Positions 9,350 to 21,432 of a stretch of DNA of 64,000 bases are shown piece by piece. Below the pieces are notes generated by a model, which was not told the origin of the DNA, ran no database searches, and saw only the letters and a program-made list of their open reading frames with translations. Source of the DNA: Victivallaceae bacterium (GTDB taxonomy: Bacteria > Verrucomicrobiota > Lentisphaeria > Victivallales > Victivallaceae); contig JAQUTL010000014.1 in the NCBI GenBank assembly GCA_028709805.1, positions 1,340-65,339 on the forward strand, written 5' to 3'. Position 1 is the stretch's first letter; every line of letters begins with the position of its first letter. Made by a program: the position numbers and the translations under genes.

Positions 9350-9377
9350 TTTCAAAAAAGTCCGTGAGTGCTATATT
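9350..9377 (+). promoter_or_regulatory. putative promoter for pepF (TTTCAA-N16-TATATT)
   Basis: TTTCAA at 9350-9355 and TATATT at 9372-9377, with a 16-nt spacer, 33 nt upstream of the ATG. Confidence 0.3.
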
Positions 9378-9409
9378 ATAGCAAAGATAAAAAAGGAGAA
9401 TAAGGATAT

Positions 9410-11200
9410 ATGTCTGAACACAAACTTGCCCAACGCCGGGAACTGCCGACCGAACTCACCTGGGATCTCGCGCCCGTCTACGCCGACGCCGCGGCATGGG
9501 AAAAGGATTTCAGTGGGCTGGATGAAAAAATCTCCGCCGTCACCGCGTTCCGCGGCAAACTCGGAACGTCGCCGGCGGCTCTGCGCGACGCCTACGCCGC
9601 GCTCGACGCCCTTGAACGCTCCGCCGAAAAGCTCTATGTCTACGCCCATCTGCGCGCCGACGAAAATACCGCCGACGGCGAAAATTCCGCCCGCGAAAGC
9701 CGGATTGAAACAAAATTCGCCGAACTCGGCGCCGCCGTCGCCTGGTTTGAACCGGAAATCATGAAACTTCCAGCCGACGCCGCCGAGAAAGCGTTGAACG
9801 CTCCGGAAATGGCATTTTACCGCCGCAGCTTCAAACAGCTGCTCGAAAGCCGCGCCCACATTCTGTCCGCCGAAGAGGAGACCATCTGGAGCGCGCTGTC
9901 CGACGTGCTCGACTCCAGCGACAACGTTTACAGCATGCTGAACAACGCCGACATGCGCTTCGCCGCGGTCACCGATGAAAAAGGCGTCCGTACCGAACTA
10001 ACCCACGGCAACTACATAAAATTTCTGGAGTCGCCGCTCCGCCGGGTCCGCCGCAACGCTTTCAAGGCGATGTTCACCGCCTACCGCGACCACCGCCACA
10101 CCTGCGCCGCCACTCTGGACGGCACGGTGAAACGCCACGCGATCAGCGCAAAACTCCGCCATTTCAACAGCGCACTGGCCGCCGCGCTGTTCAATGACCG
10201 CGTGCCGGAAACCGTCTACACCAACCTGATCGACAGCGTCCACGCCAACCTCGAACCGCTGCACCGCTATCTCGGACTGCGGAAAAAAGTCCTGAAACTC
10301 AAAAAACTGGACATGTTCGACCTGCACGTTCCGCTCCGTGCTCCGGCCAAAACCGAATACACATGGGAGGAAACAAAAAAAATTGTGAGCGACGCGCTCG
10401 CTCCGCTCGGCGGCGACTACACAAAGACCGTTTCCCGCGCATTCGCCGAACGCTGGGTGGACGTTCCAGAATGCCGCGGCAAACGCTCCGGCGCCTACTC
10501 CAGCGGCTGTTTCGACACCCCGCCATATCTGCTGCTCAACTTCCGCGGCACGCTGAACGACGTGTTCACTCTGGCGCACGAAATGGGCCACTCCATGCAC
10601 AGTTACTCCTCCAACGCGTCCCAGCAGTACCACTATGCCGACTACAGCATCTTTGTGGCCGAGGTCGCCAGCACCACCAACGAAATGCTGCTGCACCACC
10701 ATCTGATGGCCGGCTGCGCCGACCGCGACCTGAAAATCTATCTGCTCAGCCACCTGATCGACGAAATCCGCGCCACCGTCTACCGCCAGACCATGTTCGC
10801 GGAGTTTGAACTTGCCGTCCACCGGCTCTCCGAATCCGGGACCCCGCTGACCGCCGATCTGCTCGACGAAAAGTATTATGAGCTGAACCGCCTCTACTAC
10901 GGCCTCGACGCCGACGGACTGATCCGTCACGAGTGGGCGCGGATTCCCCATTTTTATTATAATTTCTACGTCTACAAATATGCCACCGGCATGTCCGCCG
11001 CGCTGAAACTGGCGGAAAACATCATGTCCGGCGACCGGGAAAAACTCGACGACTACTTCGGCTTCCTCCGGGCCGGCTCGTCCCGCGACGTGCTGGATAT
11101 CATGCGCGGCGCCGGAGCGGATCTGGAAACTCCGGACTGCGTCAACTCCTGTCTCGCGCTGTTCGACCGCACCGTCAAAGAACTTGAAAGTTTGCTGTAA
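9410..11200 (+). CDS. pepF: oligoendopeptidase F (M3B metallopeptidase)
   Basis: 596 aa with the zinc motif HEMGH (LAHEMGHSMH). Overall layout matches the PepF family. Confidence 0.85.
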   Translation: MSEHKLAQRRELPTELTWDLAPVYADAAAWEKDFSGLDEKISAVTAFRGKLGTSPAALRDAYAALDALERSAEKLYVYAHLRADENTADGENSARESRIETKFAELGAAVAWFEPEIMKLPADAAEKALNAPEMAFYRRSFKQLLESRAHILSAEEETIWSALSDVLDSSDNVYSMLNNADMRFAAVTDEKGVRTELTHGNYIKFLESPLRRVRRNAFKAMFTAYRDHRHTCAATLDGTVKRHAISAKLRHFNSALAAALFNDRVPETVYTNLIDSVHANLEPLHRYLGLRKKVLKLKKLDMFDLHVPLRAPAKTEYTWEETKKIVSDALAPLGGDYTKTVSRAFAERWVDVPECRGKRSGAYSSGCFDTPPYLLLNFRGTLNDVFTLAHEMGHSMHSYSSNASQQYHYADYSIFVAEVASTTNEMLLHHHLMAGCADRDLKIYLLSHLIDEIRATVYRQTMFAEFELAVHRLSESGTPLTADLLDEKYYELNRLYYGLDADGLIRHEWARIPHFYYNFYVYKYATGMSAALKLAENIMSGDREKLDDYFGFLRAGSSRDVLDIMRGAGADLETPDCVNSCLALFDRTVKELESLL

Positions 11201-11204
11201 AAGG

Positions 11205-11232
11205 TTGCAAAACCGGTTTGCAATATTATATT
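11205..11232 (+). promoter_or_regulatory. putative promoter for metG (TTGCAA-N16-TATATT)
   Basis: TTGCAA at 11205-11210 and TATATT at 11227-11232. The -35 sits inside a near-palindrome TTGCAAAACCGGTTTGCAA. Confidence 0.35.
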
Positions 11233-11273
11233 ACTGAAAATACAAAAAAATCTCTATTCAGGAGTCTGTGCCA

Positions 11274-13196
11274 ATGGGTAAAGACACTTTTTATCTCACC
11301 ACACCGATCTATTATGTCAACGACAAGCCGCATATCGGCCACGCCTACACCACAATTCTGGCCGACGTGCTGGCCAGATTTCACCGTCTGCTCGGAGAAC
11401 CGACCTTTTTTCTGACCGGAACCGACGAGCACGGCCAGAAAGTCCAGAAAGCCGCCGCCGAAAAGGACATCACCCCGCAGCAGCAGTGCGACGAAACCGT
11501 AATCCGGTTTCAGGAACTCTGGAAGCGGCTCGACATCACTTTCGACCGCTTCATCCGCACCACCCAGCCGTTCCACAAAAAGGTGGTCCAGGAGGTGCTG
11601 CAGGATCTTTATGACCGCGACTTGATCTACAAGGCCTCCTACTCCGGCTGGTACTGCGTTCCGGACGAGCGGTTCTACACCGAAAAAGACCTCGTGGACG
11701 GCAAATGCCCGGAATGCGGACGCGACGTCACCGAAATCGTCGAAGAAAACTACTTCTTCCGCATGAGCCGCTATCAGGACTGGCTGGTAGACTACATTCA
11801 AACCCACCCGGATTTCATCATGCCGCCGTTCCGCGCCAACGAAACGCTCGGATTCCTGAAAAAACCGCTGAACGATCTTTGCATTTCACGCCCGAAATCA
11901 CGGCTCAACTGGGGAATCGAACTGCCGTTCGACCGCGACTACGTCTGCTATGTGTGGTTCGACGCGCTGATCAACTACATCTCCGGAGTCGGCTACCGGC
12001 AGGACGATGAATCGTTCAAAAAGTGGTGGCCGGCCTCCTACCACCTGATCGGCAAAGACATCCTTACCACCCATACCGTCTACTGGCCGACCATGCTCAA
12101 GGCCATGAACGTGGAAATGCCCAAGACCATCTTCGCCCACGGCTGGTGGCTCGCCGGACGCGATAAAATGAGCAAGTCGCGCGGCAACGCCGTCAACCCG
12201 ATGGACATGGTGGACAAGTACGGCGTGGACGCGTTCCGCTACTTCCTGCTTTCCGAAATGACCATGGGAAACGACGCCAGCTTCACCGAAGAGGCCTTCG
12301 TCACCCGCTACAACAGCGATCTGGCCAACGACCTCGGCAATCTGCTCAGCCGGGTGATCAAGATGACCGGCCGGGCCGGCGGCGTCGTTCCGCCGGCCGG
12401 CGAACTCGGAATGGAGGAGAACGAGCTGCTGACCTCGCTGCATAACGCGATAACCGCCACCGCGGCGTCCATCCGCGACATGCGGCTCGACGCGGGAATC
12501 GCCGCCGTCCTTGACGCGGTGCGCGCCGGAAACCGCTATCTGGAGAAAACCGCGCCGTGGTCGCTGGCCAAGCAGGGGAAGCTGGACAAACTCAACACCG
12601 TGCTGCACACCTCGGTTGAGCTGCTGCGTCAGGTATCGGTACTGCTCTATCCGGTGATGCCGGAAAAAATGGGCGACATGCGCGAAGCGCTCGGCCTCGG
12701 CCGCGAACTGGACTGCAATATCCGCGACCTCACCTCCGGCGGCGACCGCGTCACCGGCTGCAAAATAAAAGAAATCGAACCGCTGTTCATGCGCATCAAG
12801 CCGGATGAACAGCAGCTCAAGGTGACCATCGAGAAGAAAATCGCCCGCGACGAAATGGCGCCGGAGATCATTCCGGTAACCATTGACGACTTTTTCCGGA
12901 CCAGACTGCGCGCCGCCAAAGTCATCGCCGCAGAGAAGATTGAAAAGTCGGCCAAGCTGCTCAAGCTGCAGATCGACCTCGGCAACGGCGACATCCGCCA
13001 GATCGTCTCCGGCATCGCGGAGAGCTACACGCCGGAGGAAATGACGGGCAAAACCATTGTGGTGGTGGCCAATCTGGTTCCGGCGAAAATATTCGGCATT
13101 GAATCGAACGGCATGCTGCTGGCGGCGAAGTCGGGCAAAAAGCTCCGGCTGATCACCCCGGACGGCGACGTAGAACCCGGAGCGATCATCGGCTGA
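11274..13196 (+). CDS. metG: methionine--tRNA ligase with C-terminal tRNA-binding domain
   Basis: HIGH (KPHIGHAYT) and KMSKS motifs plus a Trbp111/EMAP-like C-terminus (KLLKLQIDLG...ESNGMLLAA). AGGAG lies 9 nt before ATG 11274. GTG 11268 is only 3 nt from the SD. Confidence 0.95.
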   Translation: MGKDTFYLTTPIYYVNDKPHIGHAYTTILADVLARFHRLLGEPTFFLTGTDEHGQKVQKAAAEKDITPQQQCDETVIRFQELWKRLDITFDRFIRTTQPFHKKVVQEVLQDLYDRDLIYKASYSGWYCVPDERFYTEKDLVDGKCPECGRDVTEIVEENYFFRMSRYQDWLVDYIQTHPDFIMPPFRANETLGFLKKPLNDLCISRPKSRLNWGIELPFDRDYVCYVWFDALINYISGVGYRQDDESFKKWWPASYHLIGKDILTTHTVYWPTMLKAMNVEMPKTIFAHGWWLAGRDKMSKSRGNAVNPMDMVDKYGVDAFRYFLLSEMTMGNDASFTEEAFVTRYNSDLANDLGNLLSRVIKMTGRAGGVVPPAGELGMEENELLTSLHNAITATAASIRDMRLDAGIAAVLDAVRAGNRYLEKTAPWSLAKQGKLDKLNTVLHTSVELLRQVSVLLYPVMPEKMGDMREALGLGRELDCNIRDLTSGGDRVTGCKIKEIEPLFMRIKPDEQQLKVTIEKKIARDEMAPEIIPVTIDDFFRTRLRAAKVIAAEKIEKSAKLLKLQIDLGNGDIRQIVSGIAESYTPEEMTGKTIVVVANLVPAKIFGIESNGMLLAAKSGKKLRLITPDGDVEPGAIIG

Positions 13197-13234
13197 CAAA
13201 CGCGAAATAACAACAATACAACAAGGAGCTGTCC

Positions 13235-13516
13235 ATGAAGGAAAGATCCGTCACGATAAAAAACCGGGCAGGAATACACTGCCGGCCGGCCAGCGCGATT
13301 CTCACCGTGATCATGAACGAATTTCCCGGCCACACGTTCATCGTCACCACCGGAGACGGCGAATGCGAGCTGACCAGTATTCTCAACCTGATCTCGCTTG
13401 GTCTGCAGTGCGGAGCAAAAGCCACGCTCAAGGTGGACGGCCCGAACGAAGACGTCGCCATTGTCAAAATCGGCGATCTGTTCGAATATGAATTCGACTT
13501 CCCGCCGCGCGGCTGA
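13235..13516 (+). CDS. ptsH: HPr-family phosphocarrier protein
   Basis: 93 aa with the active-site His motif NRAGIHCRPAS and the regulatory-Ser region LTSILNLISLG. Confidence 0.8.
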   Translation: MKERSVTIKNRAGIHCRPASAILTVIMNEFPGHTFIVTTGDGECELTSILNLISLGLQCGAKATLKVDGPNEDVAIVKIGDLFEYEFDFPPRG

Positions 13517-13547
13517 CTGCGAATAAAACAGCAAAAAATCCCGAATG

Positions 13548-13577
13548 AAGAGACGCTTGCAAAAGCGTCTTTTTTTA
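13548..13577 (+). terminator. intrinsic terminator after the HPr-like gene
   Basis: 11-bp stem AAGAGACGCTT / AAGCGTCTTTT (one G-U pair) with a GCAA loop. The T-run extends to 13577. Confidence 0.75.
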
Positions 13578-13588
13578 TTGCCATGAGC

Positions 13589-13616
13589 TTGATTTAATCC
13601 ACCGGACGTGTATATT
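13589..13616 (+). promoter_or_regulatory. putative promoter for gyrA (TTGATT-N16-TATATT)
   Basis: TTGATT at 13589-13594 and TATATT at 13611-13616, in an AT-rich spacer. Confidence 0.4.
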
Positions 13617-13665
13617 GTGTTATTATATATATAAATAAAACAACGGGGAACTTGGAAAAAACACC

Positions 13666-16282
<2,617 letters not shown>

Positions 16283-16293
<11 letters not shown>

Positions 16294-17086
16294 TTTTGCG
16301 CGGATATTGGGAATAATCAACGCTACGCCGGACTCATTTTCCGGCGGAGCGGAGCGCACCGCCTGTATAAAAAACGCGGTGGCGATGCTTGACGCCGGCG
16401 TCGACGCGATCGACGTGGGCGGAGAGTCAACGCGCCCCGGCGCAGCGGAAGTTCCGGCGGCCAATGAGTTGATCCGGGTCATACCGGTGATCGAAGGCAT
16501 TCTGGCGCAAAGACCGGGAGCGCTCATCAGCGTTGACACCAGGAAAGCCGCAGTCGCCCGGGCGGCGGTTCGCGCCGGCGCGGCGATCATCAATGATGTA
16601 AGCATGCTCGGCTTCGATCCGGCCATGGCGGAAACCGCCGCAGAAACCGGCGCCGGACTGGTGATCGCCCATACCCGCGGCATTCCGGAGGAAATGAACG
16701 CCAACGCAGTTTATTCCGATGTGGTGCGAGAGGTGCTCGCCGAGTTGATGGCGGCGGTGAAAAAAGCGGTTGCCGCCGGCGTTGACCGGTCAAAAATCAT
16801 TATCGACCCCAATCTCGGATTCGCCAAAAACACCGCGCAGAATCTGGAAATACTGCGGAACATCGAACGGTTCCGCGCCACCGGATTCCCGGTGATGATC
16901 GGTCATTCGCGCAAGCGTTTCATCGGTGAAATATGCGCCATTACCGACGCGGCGAAACGCGACGGCGCAACGCTGGGGCTCTCCGTCGCCCTTGCCCGCC
17001 GGGTGGACTGGCTGAGGGTGCACGACGGCATCGGGCACGCCGCAACGTTCAAACTTCTCGCACTGACGGAAAAAGGAGCCGAGTAA
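16283..17086 (+). CDS. folP: dihydropteroate synthase
   Basis: Pterin-binding motifs (ILGIINATPDSFSGG, DVGGESTRPG, IINDVS, IIDPNLGFAK, MIGHSRKRFIG). It overlaps the gyrA 3-prime end by 11 nt. Confidence 0.9.
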
Positions 17087-17092
17087 AACATC

Positions 17093-17938
17093 ATGCTGGA
17101 CTTTCTTGATTCTCCGTTCATAAAAAATTATCTGATACCGGCGGTAACTTATATTCAGCCGGTAATGGAAATATTTCTGCTGTTCGTCATCATCTATCTC
17201 TTGCTGCGTTCGCTGAAGGGGACCCGGGGCGCCAACATGCTGATGGGCATGGGATTGGTGCTGATCGTCTTTACCACTTTGGTCAAAGCGCTGGATTTTG
17301 AGGTGATCTCATGGTTGATGGACATGCTCTGGGTAGCGGTGCCGACGCTGCTGATCGTACTGTTTCAGCCGGAGTTGCGCCGGGCGTTCGCCCATTTGGG
17401 AAGCAATCCGTTTTCACAGATTTCACGCCAGCGCGAGGCGATCGGCGAGGTGCTTCAGGCGGTGGAGGAAATGAGCCGGAGCCATACCGGAGCACTTATC
17501 GTGTTCGAGGGGCGGATCGGAATGCAGAGTCTGATCGACGACTCAATCCGGCTGGACATAAAATTGAACTCCCTGATCATCGAGTCGATATTCTATCCGA
17601 ACTCGCCGCTGCACGACGGAGCGATCATCATCAGGAACGACCGTATTGTGGCGGCGCGGGCGATACTGCCGCTTTCGCGTGACGAAAATCTGTCGCGCAC
17701 AATGGGGACAAGACATCGCGCGGCGTTGGGTGTGACCGAGGAAAACGACTGCGTGGTGGTTATCGTGTCGGAGGAGACCGGCGACATCAGCGTGGCGTAT
17801 CAGGGGGCGATCCAGCGTGAGCTTTCGCGTCAGGAATTGACGAAAAGACTGCACGAACTGCTGTTGCGCTCCCACCGTATGTCCGGGGCGGATGACGAAG
17901 AGCGTTTCGACGAAGAACAGAATACCGAGGAGCGTTAA
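17093..17938 (+). CDS. cdaA: diadenylate cyclase CdaA (membrane-anchored)
   Basis: N-terminal TM helices plus a DAC domain (GALIVFEG, HDGAIIIRNDRIVAARAILPLS, GTRHRAALGVTEENDCVVVIVSEETG). Confidence 0.85.
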   Translation: MLDFLDSPFIKNYLIPAVTYIQPVMEIFLLFVIIYLLLRSLKGTRGANMLMGMGLVLIVFTTLVKALDFEVISWLMDMLWVAVPTLLIVLFQPELRRAFAHLGSNPFSQISRQREAIGEVLQAVEEMSRSHTGALIVFEGRIGMQSLIDDSIRLDIKLNSLIIESIFYPNSPLHDGAIIIRNDRIVAARAILPLSRDENLSRTMGTRHRAALGVTEENDCVVVIVSEETGDISVAYQGAIQRELSRQELTKRLHELLLRSHRMSGADDEERFDEEQNTEER

Positions 17939-17942
17939 CGCG

Positions 17943-18944
17943 ATGGAAAAATCCCATTCACCGGTCGTCAATTTTCTGGCCGACTTTTTTACCCGCGACC
18001 TGCTTCGCAAGGCGGTTTCGCTGATAATGGCGATCGCCATCTATGTTCTGATCTCCGGCAACATAGGCAACGGAAAAATGCTTACCGGCGTGCCGCTTGA
18101 GGTGGAGCTGCCGGAAAATCTGGTCAATATGGACCGGACGCCGCCGACGCTGGACCGGGTGATCGTCCGCGGAAACAAGGCGATCCTCAACCGGCTGTCC
18201 GGCAGCGACCTCCGGGCAAAACTGAAAGTCCGCTACGAGGACTGCAAGAGCGGCCAGCCGATTCTGCTGCGCATCACGCCGCAGGATGTGAAATCGCCGT
18301 TTGCCACCACGGTCATCGGCGTCGAGCCGCAGTTCATCACACTGAACCTGGAGCCGAAAGAGACGCTGATGCTGCCGATCGAGCCGGTGTTCTCCGGCGC
18401 GGACGAAATGGACAAGGATTTTTCCGTTGAAAAGACCGTGTTCACACCGGCCGCGGTTACGGTGACCGGCACCGCGTCGCTGCTGCGCGAGCTCAAGGCG
18501 ATCCCGACCAAGCCGATCACGCTGAAAAACGCGTCCGGCAGTTTCGATCTTGAGCGTCTGGTACTGGCGCCGCGTCCCGGTATTGCAGTGTCGCCGGCGG
18601 TGGTCGGCTGTCATGTTTCCATCGTCAAGGAAAATGAAACGAAGATACTGCCGGCGGTTCCGGTGCTGTTGATGATGGCTCCCGGAAGCGAGGAAAAATT
18701 CTCCGCCGAACTGGTGTCGCACAGCAATGTCAGAGTGAATTTATACGGTCCGCGCGGCAGGCTGAACCTGTTCAACGCCGATACGCTTAAGGCTTATGTC
18801 GACCTGACCAAAATCACCGAGCCGGGCGTTTACACCGTGGACGTGTGCTGTCAGGAGCCATCCGACCGCGACCTGCAGATACGCAAAATAGAACCGGAGC
18901 AGATCGAAATAAAACTTACATTGAAACAAAAAAACATAAAATAA
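17943..18944 (+). CDS. YbbR-like domain protein, likely CdaA regulator CdaR
   Basis: ATG 17943 lies 5 nt after the cdaA stop. It has an N-terminal TM followed by repeated beta-rich YbbR-like modules. Position downstream of cdaA fits CdaR. Confidence 0.6.
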   Translation: MEKSHSPVVNFLADFFTRDLLRKAVSLIMAIAIYVLISGNIGNGKMLTGVPLEVELPENLVNMDRTPPTLDRVIVRGNKAILNRLSGSDLRAKLKVRYEDCKSGQPILLRITPQDVKSPFATTVIGVEPQFITLNLEPKETLMLPIEPVFSGADEMDKDFSVEKTVFTPAAVTVTGTASLLRELKAIPTKPITLKNASGSFDLERLVLAPRPGIAVSPAVVGCHVSIVKENETKILPAVPVLLMMAPGSEEKFSAELVSHSNVRVNLYGPRGRLNLFNADTLKAYVDLTKITEPGVYTVDVCCQEPSDRDLQIRKIEPEQIEIKLTLKQKNIK

Positions 18945-18957
18945 AGGATACTGGCAG

Positions 18958-20622
18958 ATGCTAATTGGAAAAATCAACTCGGTTTTCGCAAAACACCACA
19001 GATGGCTGTTCGGCGGAATCGTCATGGTGGTGATCGTCACTTTCGTGTTTTACTTTTCAAGCGGGTCGATTTTCGATCTCAATTTCGGCGGCGGCGGCAG
19101 CTCCGGGGTGACGGTGTTCGGTGACAAGGTGTCGGCAACCAAGCTCGGCAACCAGATCCGCTACAACCTCATCAACGCCTCGTTGAGTTCGCCGTACGGT
19201 CTGGCGGTCTTCCAAAGCGAAGAGGCGTTTTCCGGCGCCCACGCCTCCGCACCGGCCGTTCTCGGCCAGCTGGCGATGGCCGAGCAGCGCGGACTCGGCG
19301 CCTCCGACGAAGAGGTGAACAAACTGCTGGCAATGATCTTTTCGGTCGACAACAAGTTCAACACCGAGTTTTTCAACACCTATACTGAAATGCTTCAGCG
19401 CTACGGCATGACGGTGGATGACCTCAAGACCGCGGTTCGCCAGAGCATTCTGCTGAACAAGCTGGCCGTGGAAAGTTCGCAGTCCGGGCTGTTCGCCGCC
19501 ACCGACGGATTGAAGAGCGCGGTCAACAGTTATCTGACCAACCGCTACAGCGTAAGTCTCGCAAAATTCAAGGCCGACGACTTTATCGGACAGGTCGCGG
19601 TCGACGAAGCCGCGATCGGCAAATATTATGAGGAGCATCAGAATGCCTTCATGATTCCGGCCGACTGCGACGCAATCGTGGCGTCAATCAGCTACAACGC
19701 CCCGGAAATCGCCGCCGCCGCCGTAAAGCTCGCCGAAGACGACGCGGCAATCCAGAATTTCTACAACGCCAACAAGCAGCGCTACGGTGAAAAAACATTC
19801 GATCAGATCAAGGTGAAAGTCATCGACGACTTCGTGACCGCCGCCGCCGCCGACCTCGCGGCCGAAAAGATCAAGAACTTTGAAACCTCGGTTTATGAGA
19901 TTCTTAATTCCGGCGCCGCGACTCCGGGCGTGGAAATATTCCGGAACGCCGCAGTCAAGTCCGGCCTGAGACTGAAGATGACAAAAACCTTTAACCGCAA
20001 TTCGCCGCAGGTGGTGTTCAATGACGGCAGCGTTATCGCCGGCGCCGCCCCGGTTCGCGTGCTAAGCTCAACGTCCAGCCAGATTCCGCTCTCCGACACC
20101 TTCGACGGCGACAACGCCATCTGCATCGGCTACGTCAACACGGTAAAGCCCGAAACACTCGCGCCGCTGGCGGATGTAAAAGCTGAGATTTCCGCTATTC
20201 TTGTCCGTGCCGAAGCCGCTAAACTGGCCGCCGAAGCCGCAGGAAAAGCCGCCGCCGAACTGATGGCCAGGCCGCAGGCCGAGCGCGCCGCCGCATTTGC
20301 GAAATTGCCGCATCAGGAAAAACTCGAATTCGGCTTCATACCGCCCTCTACCGCCAACGGCGAACTGGTCGCGGCGGTCGCCCGCGGGCTGGCCGTCAAC
20401 GGGGTATCGTCGCCCTATCCGGCGGCGGACGGCGCCTTCCTTGTCCGGCTTGACGCGCAAACCGCCGGCTCCATGCCGGAAGAATTTGCCAAACTGCCGG
20501 TTCCGGCGGTCGAATGGTATCTGAATCAGACGGTCAACAACGGTGAGCAGCTGGCCATGTTCCAGTATCTGCAGGCCAATGTGACGGTGCCGCAGGATTA
20601 TATGGAAGCGGGAAAACGTTAA
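18958..20622 (+). CDS. membrane-anchored periplasmic chaperone, SurA-N/PpiD-like
   Basis: N-terminal anchor (HRWLFGGIVMVVIVTFVFYF) followed by Ala-rich helical chaperone-like sequence. I could not see a parvulin signature by eye. Confidence 0.5.
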   Translation: MLIGKINSVFAKHHRWLFGGIVMVVIVTFVFYFSSGSIFDLNFGGGGSSGVTVFGDKVSATKLGNQIRYNLINASLSSPYGLAVFQSEEAFSGAHASAPAVLGQLAMAEQRGLGASDEEVNKLLAMIFSVDNKFNTEFFNTYTEMLQRYGMTVDDLKTAVRQSILLNKLAVESSQSGLFAATDGLKSAVNSYLTNRYSVSLAKFKADDFIGQVAVDEAAIGKYYEEHQNAFMIPADCDAIVASISYNAPEIAAAAVKLAEDDAAIQNFYNANKQRYGEKTFDQIKVKVIDDFVTAAAADLAAEKIKNFETSVYEILNSGAATPGVEIFRNAAVKSGLRLKMTKTFNRNSPQVVFNDGSVIAGAAPVRVLSSTSSQIPLSDTFDGDNAICIGYVNTVKPETLAPLADVKAEISAILVRAEAAKLAAEAAGKAAAELMARPQAERAAAFAKLPHQEKLEFGFIPPSTANGELVAAVARGLAVNGVSSPYPAADGAFLVRLDAQTAGSMPEEFAKLPVPAVEWYLNQTVNNGEQLAMFQYLQANVTVPQDYMEAGKR

Positions 20623-20623
20623 A

Positions 20624-21427
20624 ATGTCCAATGAGTCCGGAGTCGCGCTGGGGCGTCACGTCACGGTTGAGTATTATGACTGCAGCAGCGAAATATTGGC
20701 CGATGCAAAAAAAATGGAGCATATTTTCGTGGCCGCCGCCACCGCAAGCGGCGCCACCGTGCTCGGAAGTCATTTTCACGACTTCCAACCGCAGGGCGTA
20801 AGCGGATTCGTGATTATCGCCGAATCGCACTTCTCGGTTCACGCCTGGCCGGAACACGACTATGCTGCGGTGGACATCTTCACCTGCGGCGAATCAATCG
20901 ATTTTCAGATGGCGATGGATTATCTGCGCGATGCGCTCAAGTCCGAGTCCATGATCGTTTCCAGCGTAATGAGCCGCGGCATTGTCGGCAACAACGGCAT
21001 TGAGCGGATGGTGCCGATCTACGCCGCCCAGACCAATACCTACGCGCTGGCCTGGCGCACCCGGTTCGACTCGGTGAACGCCTGGGGCATCGTCTGCACC
21101 ATCGACGTTCACGACTGCGAAGAACAGCTGATTCACAATCCTGACGCGGTGCTTCACGCGCTGACGGAGGTTTCCGCCGAACTCGGACTTTCCGCCGTCG
21201 CCGCGTCCAAACTGATTCCGTTCGCCAAAGAAGGCGACAGCGGATTCAATTTCTGTTTTCTGATGTCTGACGGATCGCGGCTGTCCGGCAACCTTTCGTT
21301 CGGCAGCCGCTGCGCCTACGTCGATGTGTTTTCAACGCGTTTCTTTGAACCGCGTCACGCCGCAGAACTGGTGCTGCAATGTTTTCGCGGACGCCACTAC
21401 CGCATGCAAGTGGCAGTCAGGAGATAA
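20624..21427 (+). CDS. speD: S-adenosylmethionine decarboxylase proenzyme, internally duplicated (two-domain) form
   Basis: The N-half has class-1B-type motifs, including the self-processing site GVSGFVIIAESHFSVHAWPEHDYAAVDIFTCG. The C-half (from about 21070) repeats the fold (DSGFNFCFLMSDGS...AYVDVFSTR) without the Glu-Ser site. Confidence 0.8.
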   Translation: MSNESGVALGRHVTVEYYDCSSEILADAKKMEHIFVAAATASGATVLGSHFHDFQPQGVSGFVIIAESHFSVHAWPEHDYAAVDIFTCGESIDFQMAMDYLRDALKSESMIVSSVMSRGIVGNNGIERMVPIYAAQTNTYALAWRTRFDSVNAWGIVCTIDVHDCEEQLIHNPDAVLHALTEVSAELGLSAVAASKLIPFAKEGDSGFNFCFLMSDGSRLSGNLSFGSRCAYVDVFSTRFFEPRHAAELVLQCFRGRHYRMQVAVRR

Positions 21428-21432
21428 TAAAA

